From a virus (taxonomy: Duplodnaviria; Caudoviricetes), in IMG/VR virus record IMGVR_UViG_2706795344_000001, positions 40,907 through 104,906 of that record: a stretch of DNA of 64,000 nucleotides, one strand, 5' to 3'. The translations under genes and the position numbers were made by a program. Position 1 is the stretch's first letter. The number at the start of each line of letters is the position of its first letter. Below are positions 41,718-51,011 of the stretch, in pieces. The notes under the pieces were generated by a model. That model was given only the letters and a program-made list of their open reading frames with translations. It was not told where the DNA came from and did not search any database.

Positions 41718-42259
41718 TGGGAATGCAAAGAACTTTAGAATTTGCAATTTGGAATTTACCATATGAAGATATCGTAAATAAAACATTGTTTGAATTATTG
41801 GGCAAGAAGGAGACCATAGAAAGTTTTCTTGATGCTTTTAAAAAATTAAAATCTTTACAAAGATTTGATGAGTTCTATCTTTACAAGATTGGTAATCGTA
41901 AAGTGGTGGACTACATCTCAACTCTACGGGAGTTAAATGGTCAAGTGGGTACAAAATTGTACAAAGTTGAGCACAATGCATTGATGACAGGATTACTACG
42001 TAGTGCTGGTATCTTAAATGGCGAGTTGTTCATAACTCTGTATCCTAACTTTATGAGAAAGATGAATGTAGCAGCTCAAGCTCATATGGGAAACCTTAAA
42101 TCAGAAGCAGAAATTAACGATGGAAAGCGCCATAACATCTATGTTATTTATGATGAGTCTGGATTGATTAGCCATGAGAATTCTAAAGCTCTTGGTGTAC
42201 CTATGGGGCATTGGTTAAATCCACGAGACAATTCTAAAAAATCGTTGACAGATATTTAA
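41718..42259 (+). CDS. Hypothetical protein
   Basis: ATG at 41718 with RBS GGAG; ORF-track TTG start lies in the -35 box. Confidence 0.6.
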
Positions 42260-42306
42260 TTTTTAATTATATTTAATTCACAAACAAACAAACTGGAGTA
42301 AAGAAA

Positions 42307-42447
42307 ATGTCGAAGTTCACTAAGCCATCACAAGATAAAGATCAGTTCGAATCTTATCATGATGAACGTAAACAACGTGGACGTAAACGTCATGATGGTG
42401 GTAAAAAAGTGAAATCATCAACTAAATGGTATGATCGGATGAATTGA
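42307..42447 (+). CDS. 46-aa basic microprotein (not in ORF track)
   Basis: RBS GGAG; K/R-rich sequence. Confidence 0.5.
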   Translation: MSKFTKPSQDKDQFESYHDERKQRGRKRHDGGKKVKSSTKWYDRMN

Positions 42448-42448
42448 T

Positions 42449-43021
42449 ATGAGGAAAGTCCTTAAAAATGATGCTTTGGAAAACGGCAACTTTATTTTAA
42501 TGTGTTACCAAGATGTACTAAGAGTGTTGAAGGCTATTCAGAAAGGTGAGGGGCCTCCAGAATGGTTTGGATGCCATTTTGGTACATGTAAGAATACTGA
42601 ACGTGCTGCAAAACGATATGGTTTTGGTGATTGGCATCTTCTTAAATTGAAACGAGATGTGGTAGATAAAGAAATTGCTATCAGACATGGAGTTTCAGAT
42701 GTAGATACTTTACTTAGCCTTTTCTGGATATGTGAGCAGCTTGGGAATGGTGGTGACAAAGATCAGAAAGTATTTGTAGACAGAAATTCAAGGCCATGTT
42801 ATCCTGTCATTGCAGAGTATGAAGGCATTGATGTAGCAAAATCCTACCTTAAAAGTTGTGCTTATGGTACACTATATCAAGGATTGCAACTAGAAGCTCG
42901 TATAAGTTTGCTAGAATACAAATGTAAAGTTTTACACAACGAATTATCGGAAATGTTCCAGAATGCTAAGAAGCCTGTAACACATGAAGATGTGAAGAAA
43001 AGATTAGAGGATTTTAAATGA
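42449..43021 (+). CDS. Hypothetical protein, similar to 61726-62193
   Basis: Shared 'G.C.N', 'YP', 'R..LL.Y' motifs. Confidence 0.55.
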   Translation: MRKVLKNDALENGNFILMCYQDVLRVLKAIQKGEGPPEWFGCHFGTCKNTERAAKRYGFGDWHLLKLKRDVVDKEIAIRHGVSDVDTLLSLFWICEQLGNGGDKDQKVFVDRNSRPCYPVIAEYEGIDVAKSYLKSCAYGTLYQGLQLEARISLLEYKCKVLHNELSEMFQNAKKPVTHEDVKKRLEDFK

Positions 43022-44121
43022 TGAAATTTATTAAGTACCCAAGCATTAAACGTTTGACAGAACGTGCTATCCATGAGTTGGATAAACTGCCATTTGATTT
43101 GCCTGTATTTGTCGTGACTGAGAAGTTGCATGGGGCTAATATGGGGATTTACTGTGATGGTGAAACAATCCGTATTGCCAAACGTGAGGGATTCCAAGAC
43201 GAATGTGAAACGAAAAACTTCTTTGATTCAGCTCGTGTTGCAGAAAAATATAGTGAAAGCATTCTTGGTCTGGTTAGAAGTTGGAATCTTGTGAAGAAGT
43301 CTCATGGGCTTGAGGGATATGCTTATTATATCTTCTTAGGTGAATTGTTTGGTGGTGGTATTCACAAAGGTACACCGTACAGTATGGAGCAAGATTTTGC
43401 TTTGTTCAACATCTTTACTGTTATTGATGATACTGAAGCTAACCGTGAGTATGTTAAGAAATTGTGTGCAGCTTATTTTGAAGATGAAGTCAATGGTAAG
43501 TTGGTGTTGATGCCTCAGTCTCGTGAACGTATTGTTAATATCGCAAAGTATATCAATTGTAAGGTTCTGGATATCCTGTTTAAAGGTACATTAGAAGAGT
43601 GTGCTCAATTCGCAAATGATTTCGAATCACACTTTGTATGTCCTAATAGAGTTCGTGAATCTGGTGTTGAGAAACACGGTGATGATGCTGTGAAGAATTT
43701 ATGCATTACAGAGGGTGTAATTATAGAGCCATTCTATTACACAAATTACAAAGGTAATAACTTCACTTACAAGAGTAAGAATGCTAAGTTTGAAGAGAAG
43801 TATGCTACAGGATATAAACCTAAAGTGTCTTTAGTACAAAAAGCAATTGATAACCTTACAGAAGATCAGGCAGAGATGTTGTATACTTTGAATGAGTATC
43901 TGGTGATGCCACGTTACCAATCTGTTGTCAGTAAGATGGGTGAAGTGACAATCAAAGACTTCTCAAAAGTTTTGAAAGCTTTTGTTGAGGATGTCCTTAA
44001 GGATGCTAAAGAAGACTTTGCCGAAGATGGTAAAGAGTTTGTTAAACCAACTAAAGACATGATGATGTTATTCACAAATGAAGTGAAATCATATATCCGT
44101 CCAATCTTATTAGGAGAGTAA
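43018..44121 (+). CDS. RNA ligase, Rnl2-like
   Basis: 'YPSI', motif I 'EKLHGAN', 'GELFG', 'F.LF.I', 'EGVII', 'K.KN.KFEE'. Confidence 0.9.
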   Translation: MMKFIKYPSIKRLTERAIHELDKLPFDLPVFVVTEKLHGANMGIYCDGETIRIAKREGFQDECETKNFFDSARVAEKYSESILGLVRSWNLVKKSHGLEGYAYYIFLGELFGGGIHKGTPYSMEQDFALFNIFTVIDDTEANREYVKKLCAAYFEDEVNGKLVLMPQSRERIVNIAKYINCKVLDILFKGTLEECAQFANDFESHFVCPNRVRESGVEKHGDDAVKNLCITEGVIIEPFYYTNYKGNNFTYKSKNAKFEEKYATGYKPKVSLVQKAIDNLTEDQAEMLYTLNEYLVMPRYQSVVSKMGEVTIKDFSKVLKAFVEDVLKDAKEDFAEDGKEFVKPTKDMMMLFTNEVKSYIRPILLGE

Positions 44122-44123
44122 AA

Positions 44124-45062
44124 ATGGGTGTAGCCATTCATAAATATATCAGCTTACGTACACCTAAAGAGCAGATTGAGTTGGATATATCTTCATTTGC
44201 TGATGGGACTAAACGTGTGATCATTCCAGATATTGATCAGTTTGATATGCAGAAAGAATTTCGAATAGATGTGTACCATCGTAGTTTGGACGACATCATG
44301 ATTGTTGCACAGATTGTAGATATTATACGTCGTAATACACGTATAATTCCAGACATTACATTGACACTAAACTCTCCAGCATATATGCGATATGATCGTG
44401 TAATGTTGAAGACTCGTCGAGATGCTTTTGTTCTCAACCAGTTTGCTGATATGCTTAAGTGTACAGGTGTAAACAAAATCCTTGTCTTAGACCCACATAG
44501 CGAAGTCTTTCGTGAGTTGATGAATCTTAAGGGTGTAATGACTATTGAGTTGCGTCAATCTGGTTGTCTTGATGATGTGGTTCGTGAGTATATGGACCTT
44601 GGTATGTATCCTATCACAAGTAATATGCAAACCAAATATGATATCTTAGTTCCAGATGCTGGAGCAGCTAAGAAATGGTCTGCCTCACGAGGTCGTAAGA
44701 TTTACAACTCTACAAAGAGTCGTAATCCAAAGACAGGTCATCTATCTGACTTTGCTATTGATGATGCTGACTTTGAAAAATTGATGCAGAGTAAGCAAGA
44801 GCGTTTGTTGATTGTAGATGATATCTGTGAAAATGGTGGGACCTTCATAGGATGCGTTGAGATGCTACGTAAGCGAGGCTTTACTAAACCTGTGGATTTA
44901 TATGTAACACATGGAATCTTTCCTAAACACGAGCCTATGTTGCTTATGGGAGAGACATTTGAGAACATTTATATCCATAGTTGTAAGTTGGACACATACA
45001 ATGCCTTAAATACTTTCTGCAACTCTAAAATATTTGCATTAAATACTTATACTGGTTATTGA
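44124..45062 (+). CDS. Prs-like pyrophosphokinase; probable ADPR-PP synthetase (Adps) of NARP1
   Basis: 'F.DG', 'Y.RYDR', 'DPHS', 'PDAGA', 'IVDDICENGGTF', 'VTHGIF'; adjacent to Nampt-like gene. Confidence 0.85.
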   Translation: MGVAIHKYISLRTPKEQIELDISSFADGTKRVIIPDIDQFDMQKEFRIDVYHRSLDDIMIVAQIVDIIRRNTRIIPDITLTLNSPAYMRYDRVMLKTRRDAFVLNQFADMLKCTGVNKILVLDPHSEVFRELMNLKGVMTIELRQSGCLDDVVREYMDLGMYPITSNMQTKYDILVPDAGAAKKWSASRGRKIYNSTKSRNPKTGHLSDFAIDDADFEKLMQSKQERLLIVDDICENGGTFIGCVEMLRKRGFTKPVDLYVTHGIFPKHEPMLLMGETFENIYIHSCKLDTYNALNTFCNSKIFALNTYTGY

Positions 45063-45095
45063 CAGGTACGTGGGGGCATAGTAATATGCTCTCAC
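45059..45095 (+). promoter_or_regulatory. Sigma70 promoter with -10 at hairpin apex
   Basis: TTGACA-17-TAATAT; GTGGGGGCATA-gtaa-TATGCTCTCAC. Confidence 0.7.
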
Positions 45096-45114
45096 AATTT
45101 TTATGAGGTGCTTT

Positions 45115-45336
45115 ATGAAAGCAAAGATTATAGCAAGTCAGGAAAGCCTTATTGGTATGTGTCTTGGCGGTGTTACGGTACAAGGGAAACCACTGGAAGC
45201 TGGGCTAATTATTGAAGTAGAGCTTGCTGATCACGATGTTAGTGGTAATGTATACTCATTCATTGGTGAGCTGGGTGATGATGAAGGTGTCCTATGGTTC
45301 ATCTATGGTGATTTATTAGAGATTATTGAGGAGTAA
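45115..45336 (+). CDS. Hypothetical protein between Adps and Namat
   Basis: RBS GAGGTG. Confidence 0.55.
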   Translation: MKAKIIASQESLIGMCLGGVTVQGKPLEAGLIIEVELADHDVSGNVYSFIGELGDDEGVLWFIYGDLLEIIEE

Positions 45337-45340
45337 TTTA

Positions 45341-47158
45341 ATGACATTTTTGGAAAAGAAAGCTTTACTAGAAGAACAAATGTTTGATGCTGTACCAAAA
45401 GTAAATCCATTCTTATATTGGACAGACTCATATAAAGATTCTCACATTCGTTTCGAAGTTGAAGGTGTTAAGTACATCTATTCAAATGCTACGGCTCGTT
45501 TTGGAACTTACATGCGTGAATTGCTAGGTGATTATTACACTGATGAATTTGTTGTATTTGGTATTCAGTGGATGCTTGCACGTTTCCACGCTATGGCTAA
45601 GATTGGGTTCTTTGATCGACCTAAACAAGAAGTCTTGGATGAGATGTTAGATGTTCTTGGACCTTATATCGGTGAAACTGATGTTAGTCGTTTTGGTGAT
45701 CTGCATGATCTTGGCTATGTACCATTAATCTTTAAGGCATTACCTGAAGGTACAGTTGCACCTATTGGTACTCCATTCTATACATGTGAGAATACATTGC
45801 CAGAGTTCGAGTGGCTATCTAATTTCTTAGAATCTGGTATGTCTACCGATACTTGGAAACAGTTGACAGTTGCTACAGTAGCATATGCTTTCCGTAAGAT
45901 CAGTAACCAGTTTGCTTTGGAGACTCAGGGTACTCTTGAAGGGACAGAGTGGCAGAATCATGACTTCTCAACACGTGGTCAGTCTGGTTTTGAGTCTGGT
46001 GCAATTAATGGTGTAGCATTCTTGCTTAGCTCTTGTGGTACTGACAATAAGCCATCGTTGTGGGCTGCTAAAACATTCTATATGAGTGAGAACTCAAGTG
46101 ATGTAGTGTTATGTGGTTCTGTTCCTGCTGGTGAGCATAGTGTTTCGACGTTAGGTATTCAGTCTTATATTAAAAAGGCTCAGATGGATGGTGAAGAGTT
46201 ATCTTTACTTGATGCGGAAATTAAGTACGCTAAGTTTATCGCTACTGAACGTTTCCCTAAAGGTATTGTCTCTTATGTCGCAGATTCATATGATTATTGG
46301 TCATTCATTACTAAAGTTCTTCCAGCTATTAAAGAAGATATTTTGGCTCGTGATGGTAAATTTGTTGTTCGGGGTGACTCTGGCAATCCTATTAATATTA
46401 TTGCTGGCTATCGTATTTTCGATGCTGATACAGATACTCGTGTTAAAGGTAAATTTAATACCATTACTCAGTTGATGTTGAACACACATTTATGGTGGGA
46501 CTCTAAATGGGAAGTGGTTAAATTTAAAGACCAGTATTACCGTATTACCGAAGAGGGTATCGGCATTGAGGAAATCTCAGGTGAAGAGGCTCACGGAACT
46601 ATTCAATGTCTGTGGAATGAGTTTGGTGGCACTGTAAATGATCTTGGATTTAAACATTTAGATTCTCATATTGGTATGATTTATGGTGATGGGATTACCA
46701 TCCAACGCTCTGTGGAAATCTTATCTCGATTAAAAGAGAAAGGTTTTGCATCTACTAACATTGTGTTTGGTGTAGGTAGCTACTCGTTGAACATGTTGTC
46801 TCGTGACCATCTTGGTATTGCTATTAAGGCAACCAATGCAATCATTGACATTAATGGTGAAGACGTAGAGATGCCAATCTACAAGGACCCTAAGACAGAT
46901 ACAAGCAAGAAATCTGCTAAAGGTTATTTGGTGGTATCTGCTGATAAAGAGGGTAACATCATTACTTTGGATGAACAGAGTCGTGAAGCAGCTTTACGTA
47001 CAGGACTATTAGAAACTGTGTATATGAATGGGCAATTCCAAGTATTAACTACAGTACCAGAGATTCGTGAACGTTTGTGGAATCCTAAGTCCTTAGCTCC
47101 TCCTGTAGTTGAAGAGCCAGAAGCTGAGCAAACTCAACCAGAGGAGTCTGTAGAGTAA
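45341..47158 (+). CDS. Nampt-like protein; probable nicotinamide ADPR-transferase (Namat) of NARP1
   Basis: 'TDSYK.SH', 'LPEG', 'HDFS.RG', 'GTD', 'SVPA.EHS', 'DSYD', 'R.DSG.P', 'IYGDGIT', 'FGVGS', 'KKSAKG'. Confidence 0.88.
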   Translation: MTFLEKKALLEEQMFDAVPKVNPFLYWTDSYKDSHIRFEVEGVKYIYSNATARFGTYMRELLGDYYTDEFVVFGIQWMLARFHAMAKIGFFDRPKQEVLDEMLDVLGPYIGETDVSRFGDLHDLGYVPLIFKALPEGTVAPIGTPFYTCENTLPEFEWLSNFLESGMSTDTWKQLTVATVAYAFRKISNQFALETQGTLEGTEWQNHDFSTRGQSGFESGAINGVAFLLSSCGTDNKPSLWAAKTFYMSENSSDVVLCGSVPAGEHSVSTLGIQSYIKKAQMDGEELSLLDAEIKYAKFIATERFPKGIVSYVADSYDYWSFITKVLPAIKEDILARDGKFVVRGDSGNPINIIAGYRIFDADTDTRVKGKFNTITQLMLNTHLWWDSKWEVVKFKDQYYRITEEGIGIEEISGEEAHGTIQCLWNEFGGTVNDLGFKHLDSHIGMIYGDGITIQRSVEILSRLKEKGFASTNIVFGVGSYSLNMLSRDHLGIAIKATNAIIDINGEDVEMPIYKDPKTDTSKKSAKGYLVVSADKEGNIITLDEQSREAALRTGLLETVYMNGQFQVLTTVPEIRERLWNPKSLAPPVVEEPEAEQTQPEESVE

Positions 47159-47628
47159 TGATTGAGGAACGCATCAAAGGTGATGTGTTCCCTTATCTTA
47201 TGAGGAAAAACAATAATTTCGATGCATTCGTGCATGGTTGTAATTGTTTCTGCACTATGGGTAAGGGGATAGCTCCATTGGTAAAGAAAAACTTTCCTGT
47301 AGCTTATGAAGCTGATTTGTTGACAGAGAAAGGTGATCGAAGTAAGCTTGGTGACTATACGTGGGCTTGGGTGAATGAGTATAAACTTGAAATTATCAAT
47401 GCTTACACTCAGTATGACTATAGAAGAGCGTATGGCGATTCAGATGTGAATGTCAGTTACCATGCGATTCGAGAAGTGTTCAGGAAACTTAACAAAGATT
47501 ATCGAGGCAGTCGAGTTGCGATACCTAAGATCGGTGCTGGGTTAGCTGGTGGAGATTGGGAGTTGATAGAAAAGATTATCAATGAAGAGACACCAGACCT
47601 ACACATTACATTGTTTTATTTAGATTAA
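47158..47628 (+). CDS. Macrodomain ADP-ribose hydrolase/binding protein
   Basis: 'HGCNC...MG.GIA', 'NAYTQ', 'PKIGAGLAGGDW'; TAATG coupled to Namat. Confidence 0.9.
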   Translation: MIEERIKGDVFPYLMRKNNNFDAFVHGCNCFCTMGKGIAPLVKKNFPVAYEADLLTEKGDRSKLGDYTWAWVNEYKLEIINAYTQYDYRRAYGDSDVNVSYHAIREVFRKLNKDYRGSRVAIPKIGAGLAGGDWELIEKIINEETPDLHITLFYLD

Positions 47629-47640
47629 AATATTCAAATA

Positions 47641-47684
47641 AGGGTGAGCTAATGCTTGCCCTTTATTTTTATCTGTAGTATAGT
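47641..47684 (+). promoter_or_regulatory. Terminator whose 3' arm is a -35 box
   Basis: AGGGTGAGC-taat-GCTTGCCCT plus T-rich tail; TTGCCC-17-TATAGT. Confidence 0.6.
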
Positions 47685-47719
47685 AAGCCGTACATAAACA
47701 ACCTATAAAGGTCTATCAA

Positions 47720-48271
47720 GTGAAACTGTATAGAATTGAACATATTATGACTCAAAAAGGGTTCTTTAGAACTGATTGGACTGACGTAAAACCGTTTTAC
47801 GAAGCATTGTTATCTGAAGGTCAGATATCTCAAGAAGTTTTTGATAAGGTCTATAGAGCTGTATGGGATATCGATGATGGTACTTCATACACATCACATC
47901 CAAATCCATGGGATGAAGCCGAGAATTTTGACTACGAGACGGAACAGAAAGTACGTTGGATGTTATCTGCTACTGGAGATTGGCTCACGAACACCTACCC
48001 AGAAAGGGAAGAGGAGATTGAGACTCGGTATACCTCTACAAGTAGGGAACGTGGCGTATGTGGTTGTCCAAATCTTAAGGTTTTATCAACATGGATTGAT
48101 GAAGGTATTATAGACTCATTTAAAATAGCTGGGTATCAATTGTTTGAGTTAGAATTAAAACCCGATGCCATATATGTCCCTATGAAGTACCAAGTCGTAT
48201 ACTTCAAAAGTGATGTAGTTAAACAAACAGAATTAAGTTTTGATTTATTAAAAGGTGAAGCAAATGTTTGA
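47720..48271 (+). CDS. Hypothetical protein (weak ADP-ribosyltransferase-fold resemblance)
   Basis: 'LYRIE' N-terminal strand, 'HPNP', C-terminal 'QVVY'. Confidence 0.5.
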   Translation: MKLYRIEHIMTQKGFFRTDWTDVKPFYEALLSEGQISQEVFDKVYRAVWDIDDGTSYTSHPNPWDEAENFDYETEQKVRWMLSATGDWLTNTYPEREEEIETRYTSTSRERGVCGCPNLKVLSTWIDEGIIDSFKIAGYQLFELELKPDAIYVPMKYQVVYFKSDVVKQTELSFDLLKGEANV

Positions 48272-48927
48272 GACATTTTTGACAATTACTTGCATATTTA
48301 TAAGTGGTGTTGTGATCTTGAGTTTTGTATCTCGTCGTGTTGACCAGACTGTAGGCGCATTCTTAGAGATGTGTGTGAATATCTTTAAAATAATTGTTGG
48401 TATAGATAAGGACTCGCATCCTGTTGAGGATGAGGTAGACCCAAAAGAGCAGTTGTTGTGTGAAAACATGCTTAGGGAGAGTTTACTGAGAGAATGTTGC
48501 CAGTTATATATGAAAGCTTGCAACCGTTTTGGTGTCCAATATTACTACAAACATATCGAGGATTACTATAGGGAAGGTAACTTGATTGGTATGGAGAACT
48601 TCTTGCACCTAGTGTTTAAGGATTTTAATTCTGGATTACCGTTCTGTTTCAGTGAGTCACCATTTAATTTTGAGATAAAAGATATTGAAGGTAGGTTCGA
48701 TCTTGGTAATCAACTTGTATGGCATCATACGAATATGAAAGAGGCTTGTGAAATCTTTATCAGAATGTGTAAAGGCTATCTTGAGGGTGATAAGGATGAT
48801 TTACTTTACACTATGGCTATTAAGTATGATGTGGAGGTGAATAATATGAAGTCTCAGGGTGTTAAAACTGCTAACGAACGTTTTGACAGACATTATATAA
48901 TGAGTAGTTCAAAAATTGGAGAGGTAA

Positions 48928-49719
48928 ATGAGGGTAGAAAAGGTAGAAGATTCCTTTAATATAGGTTTTCCAAGAAGACACCCTGCTTTGGAGTCTATGT
49001 CGGAGTCTGTTATGAGGTGTGAAGAGTATATGAAGGCTACTTCTGTGGGTTTAGAAAGCTTAAGAGAGGATGCAATCTTCTCTGGAGAGTATGTGCCTAG
49101 AGATACTAGAGGTATCCTTAAGTTTATTCGTGAAAGGGGTTACAATCTCAAGGAAGCCTCTTACGATGTAAGAACGGGGATGATAACCATTAGGACTAAG
49201 GATTCTAAAGAGGTGTTGTGTAGTCCTGAAACTTTCAAGGGTGAGGATGAGGCAACAAAGCTGGACATCCTTTACAGACTCACTACTGGACACAGAGGGC
49301 CTATATTGGGTTACAAAGCCTTTTTGGCTTCAGGGCACTTTGACTTGGCAAGGTCTGACTCAAGTTCAAACTATGTAGAGTTACGGCAAAGACTTAGTGG
49401 AAATTGGATATCATTAGACAATAGTGTCATCAGAAATATAGGTATTAGGGCGGTGATTGACAATGTTAAATTCAACGAGTCCCCTAGTCAGGTTAGGAGA
49501 AATATTGAAGATCAGGCATTAGAGGCTGAGATGCGTAGGACTAGTAGTGTAAAAGCTTCAGCTCAAGCTCTTACATCATTACATACCACTGTGAGTAAGT
49601 TTAATCGTAACACTGGTTTATGGGAAGAAAGAGATAGTTCTTTGGAGGAGCCTGAATCTGAGGCTATTAGTAGTCGTAATGCATTGTTAGAAGAGATGCG
49701 TAAGAAATATTTGAAATAG
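48928..49719 (+). CDS. Hypothetical protein
   Basis: RBS GAGGT. Confidence 0.55.
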   Translation: MRVEKVEDSFNIGFPRRHPALESMSESVMRCEEYMKATSVGLESLREDAIFSGEYVPRDTRGILKFIRERGYNLKEASYDVRTGMITIRTKDSKEVLCSPETFKGEDEATKLDILYRLTTGHRGPILGYKAFLASGHFDLARSDSSSNYVELRQRLSGNWISLDNSVIRNIGIRAVIDNVKFNESPSQVRRNIEDQALEAEMRRTSSVKASAQALTSLHTTVSKFNRNTGLWEERDSSLEEPESEAISSRNALLEEMRKKYLK

Positions 49720-49722
49720 TTG

Positions 49723-49751
49723 TTGACATTAAAATTGTATGTCAGTATTAT
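49723..49751 (+). promoter_or_regulatory. Sigma70 promoter with TGACAT/ATGTCA inverted repeat
   Basis: TTGACA-17-TATTAT. Confidence 0.65.
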
Positions 49752-49779
49752 AGGTTCATAACTTAAGAGGAGTAGTAAA

Positions 49780-50478
49780 ATGAGTTGGTTCAAAAAATTA
49801 TTTACAATTGGTGTAAACACAGTTAACGAAAAAGGTGAGCAAGCTGTTGTAAATTTTGTTGACATCTCTCGTGAAGGTAAAGCAATTGTTGCTAAGCGTA
49901 AAAAAGATATTGAAGATTCAAAAAAGTCTATCTTGGAGTCTAACACGACTGTAAAGAAGCATGAGAATCGTATCAAACGGAATGAAGAATCATTACGTGA
50001 TTGGAACTTGATTGCAGAGCAAGCTGTTAAAGCTGGCAATGACGGTGATGCACTAAAAGCGGTAACTCAAATTGAGATTATCGAAAGTGAAAATGAGACT
50101 CTTAAGTCTGTGGTCGAAGATTTAAAACCTTTAATTGCTAAGCGTAAGGCTCAGTTAGATCAGATGGAAATCGATGTGTTCAAGATTGAGCATGAGATTG
50201 AACGTTTAAGCATCCTTCATGAATCTCTTAAAGATCGTGAGAAAGCAACAGGTAAAGCGGAGGGCAGTTTGACTAATGCATTTAACGTAGAAGACCTACG
50301 AAACATTGTTGACAATGCCAAAGCTCGTGTTGAAGCTAAAGAGGAGTTAGGTTCCAACGATTTACAGGACTTGACTAAGAAGTATAGCTCTACACAAATC
50401 TCTGCTGAGGAGCGATTAGCTAAGCTGAAAGAGAAGATTAATGGCCCACAAGAAGGTGAGAAAAAGCGTAGTAAATAA
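49780..50478 (+). CDS. PspA/IM30 family protein
   Basis: Amphipathic 'MSWFKKLF' helix, long coiled coil, 'W...AEQAV.AGND..A..A', C-term 'EERLAKLK.K'. Confidence 0.8.
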   Translation: MSWFKKLFTIGVNTVNEKGEQAVVNFVDISREGKAIVAKRKKDIEDSKKSILESNTTVKKHENRIKRNEESLRDWNLIAEQAVKAGNDGDALKAVTQIEIIESENETLKSVVEDLKPLIAKRKAQLDQMEIDVFKIEHEIERLSILHESLKDREKATGKAEGSLTNAFNVEDLRNIVDNAKARVEAKEELGSNDLQDLTKKYSSTQISAEERLAKLKEKINGPQEGEKKRSK

Positions 50479-50484
50479 TTTATA

Positions 50485-50513
50485 AGGCAGCATCGAAAGG
50501 TGTTGCCTTTTTT
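50485..50513 (+). terminator. Rho-independent terminator
   Basis: AGGCAGCATC-gaaa-GGTGTTGCCT plus T-tract. Confidence 0.8.
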
Positions 50514-50561
50514 ATTGTCTTGTGAAATAATATCTACATATTAAATCTGAGGTAAGTTTAA

Positions 50562-51011
50562 ATGTTTCTAGAAAAATTTCGATCTGGAGTGAGATTCATT
50601 ACAGTAATTGTTGTGGTTATGGCTCTATCAATAGCTTATGTAGTTGGTGCATATAACTTCTATATGGACATGACTAGTGACCCTGTTTATGAAAACCAAA
50701 TCATTGCAAGTGGTGTAGTATCTGATAAATACGATGAGGCTTATAGCTGTGGCAGTAAAGGGCGTTACACATGTTTTAATAGATACTTAGTTGTGAATGG
50801 TAAAGCTGTTATTGTGAGTGATAACCTATATACAGAAAAGCGTCTAGGTGAGCATATTAGCTTAAGTCAAAACACTCTGGTTGATGTTGGATATGTGGTG
50901 AAACCTCTTGGTGGGGTCTGCATAGTTGTATTCTGGGTACTAAGCTTATGTGGGGTTATAATGTTCTTTATTTGGGTATTTTCTGAAGAGAAGAAGGAAG
51001 GTGATAAATGA
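50562..51011 (+). CDS. Membrane protein
   Basis: N- and C-terminal TM helices flanking a 'C.SKG..TC' beta domain. Confidence 0.6.
   Translation: MFLEKFRSGVRFITVIVVVMALSIAYVVGAYNFYMDMTSDPVYENQIIASGVVSDKYDEAYSCGSKGRYTCFNRYLVVNGKAVIVSDNLYTEKRLGEHISLSQNTLVDVGYVVKPLGGVCIVVFWVLSLCGVIMFFIWVFSEEKKEGDK

Noticed and set aside
44124-47158. Reading as ordinary Prs plus NadV salvage or NARP2
   Set aside because: No Nmnat gene seen in the window; Prs-like plus Nampt-like pairing fits NARP1 better, though untested
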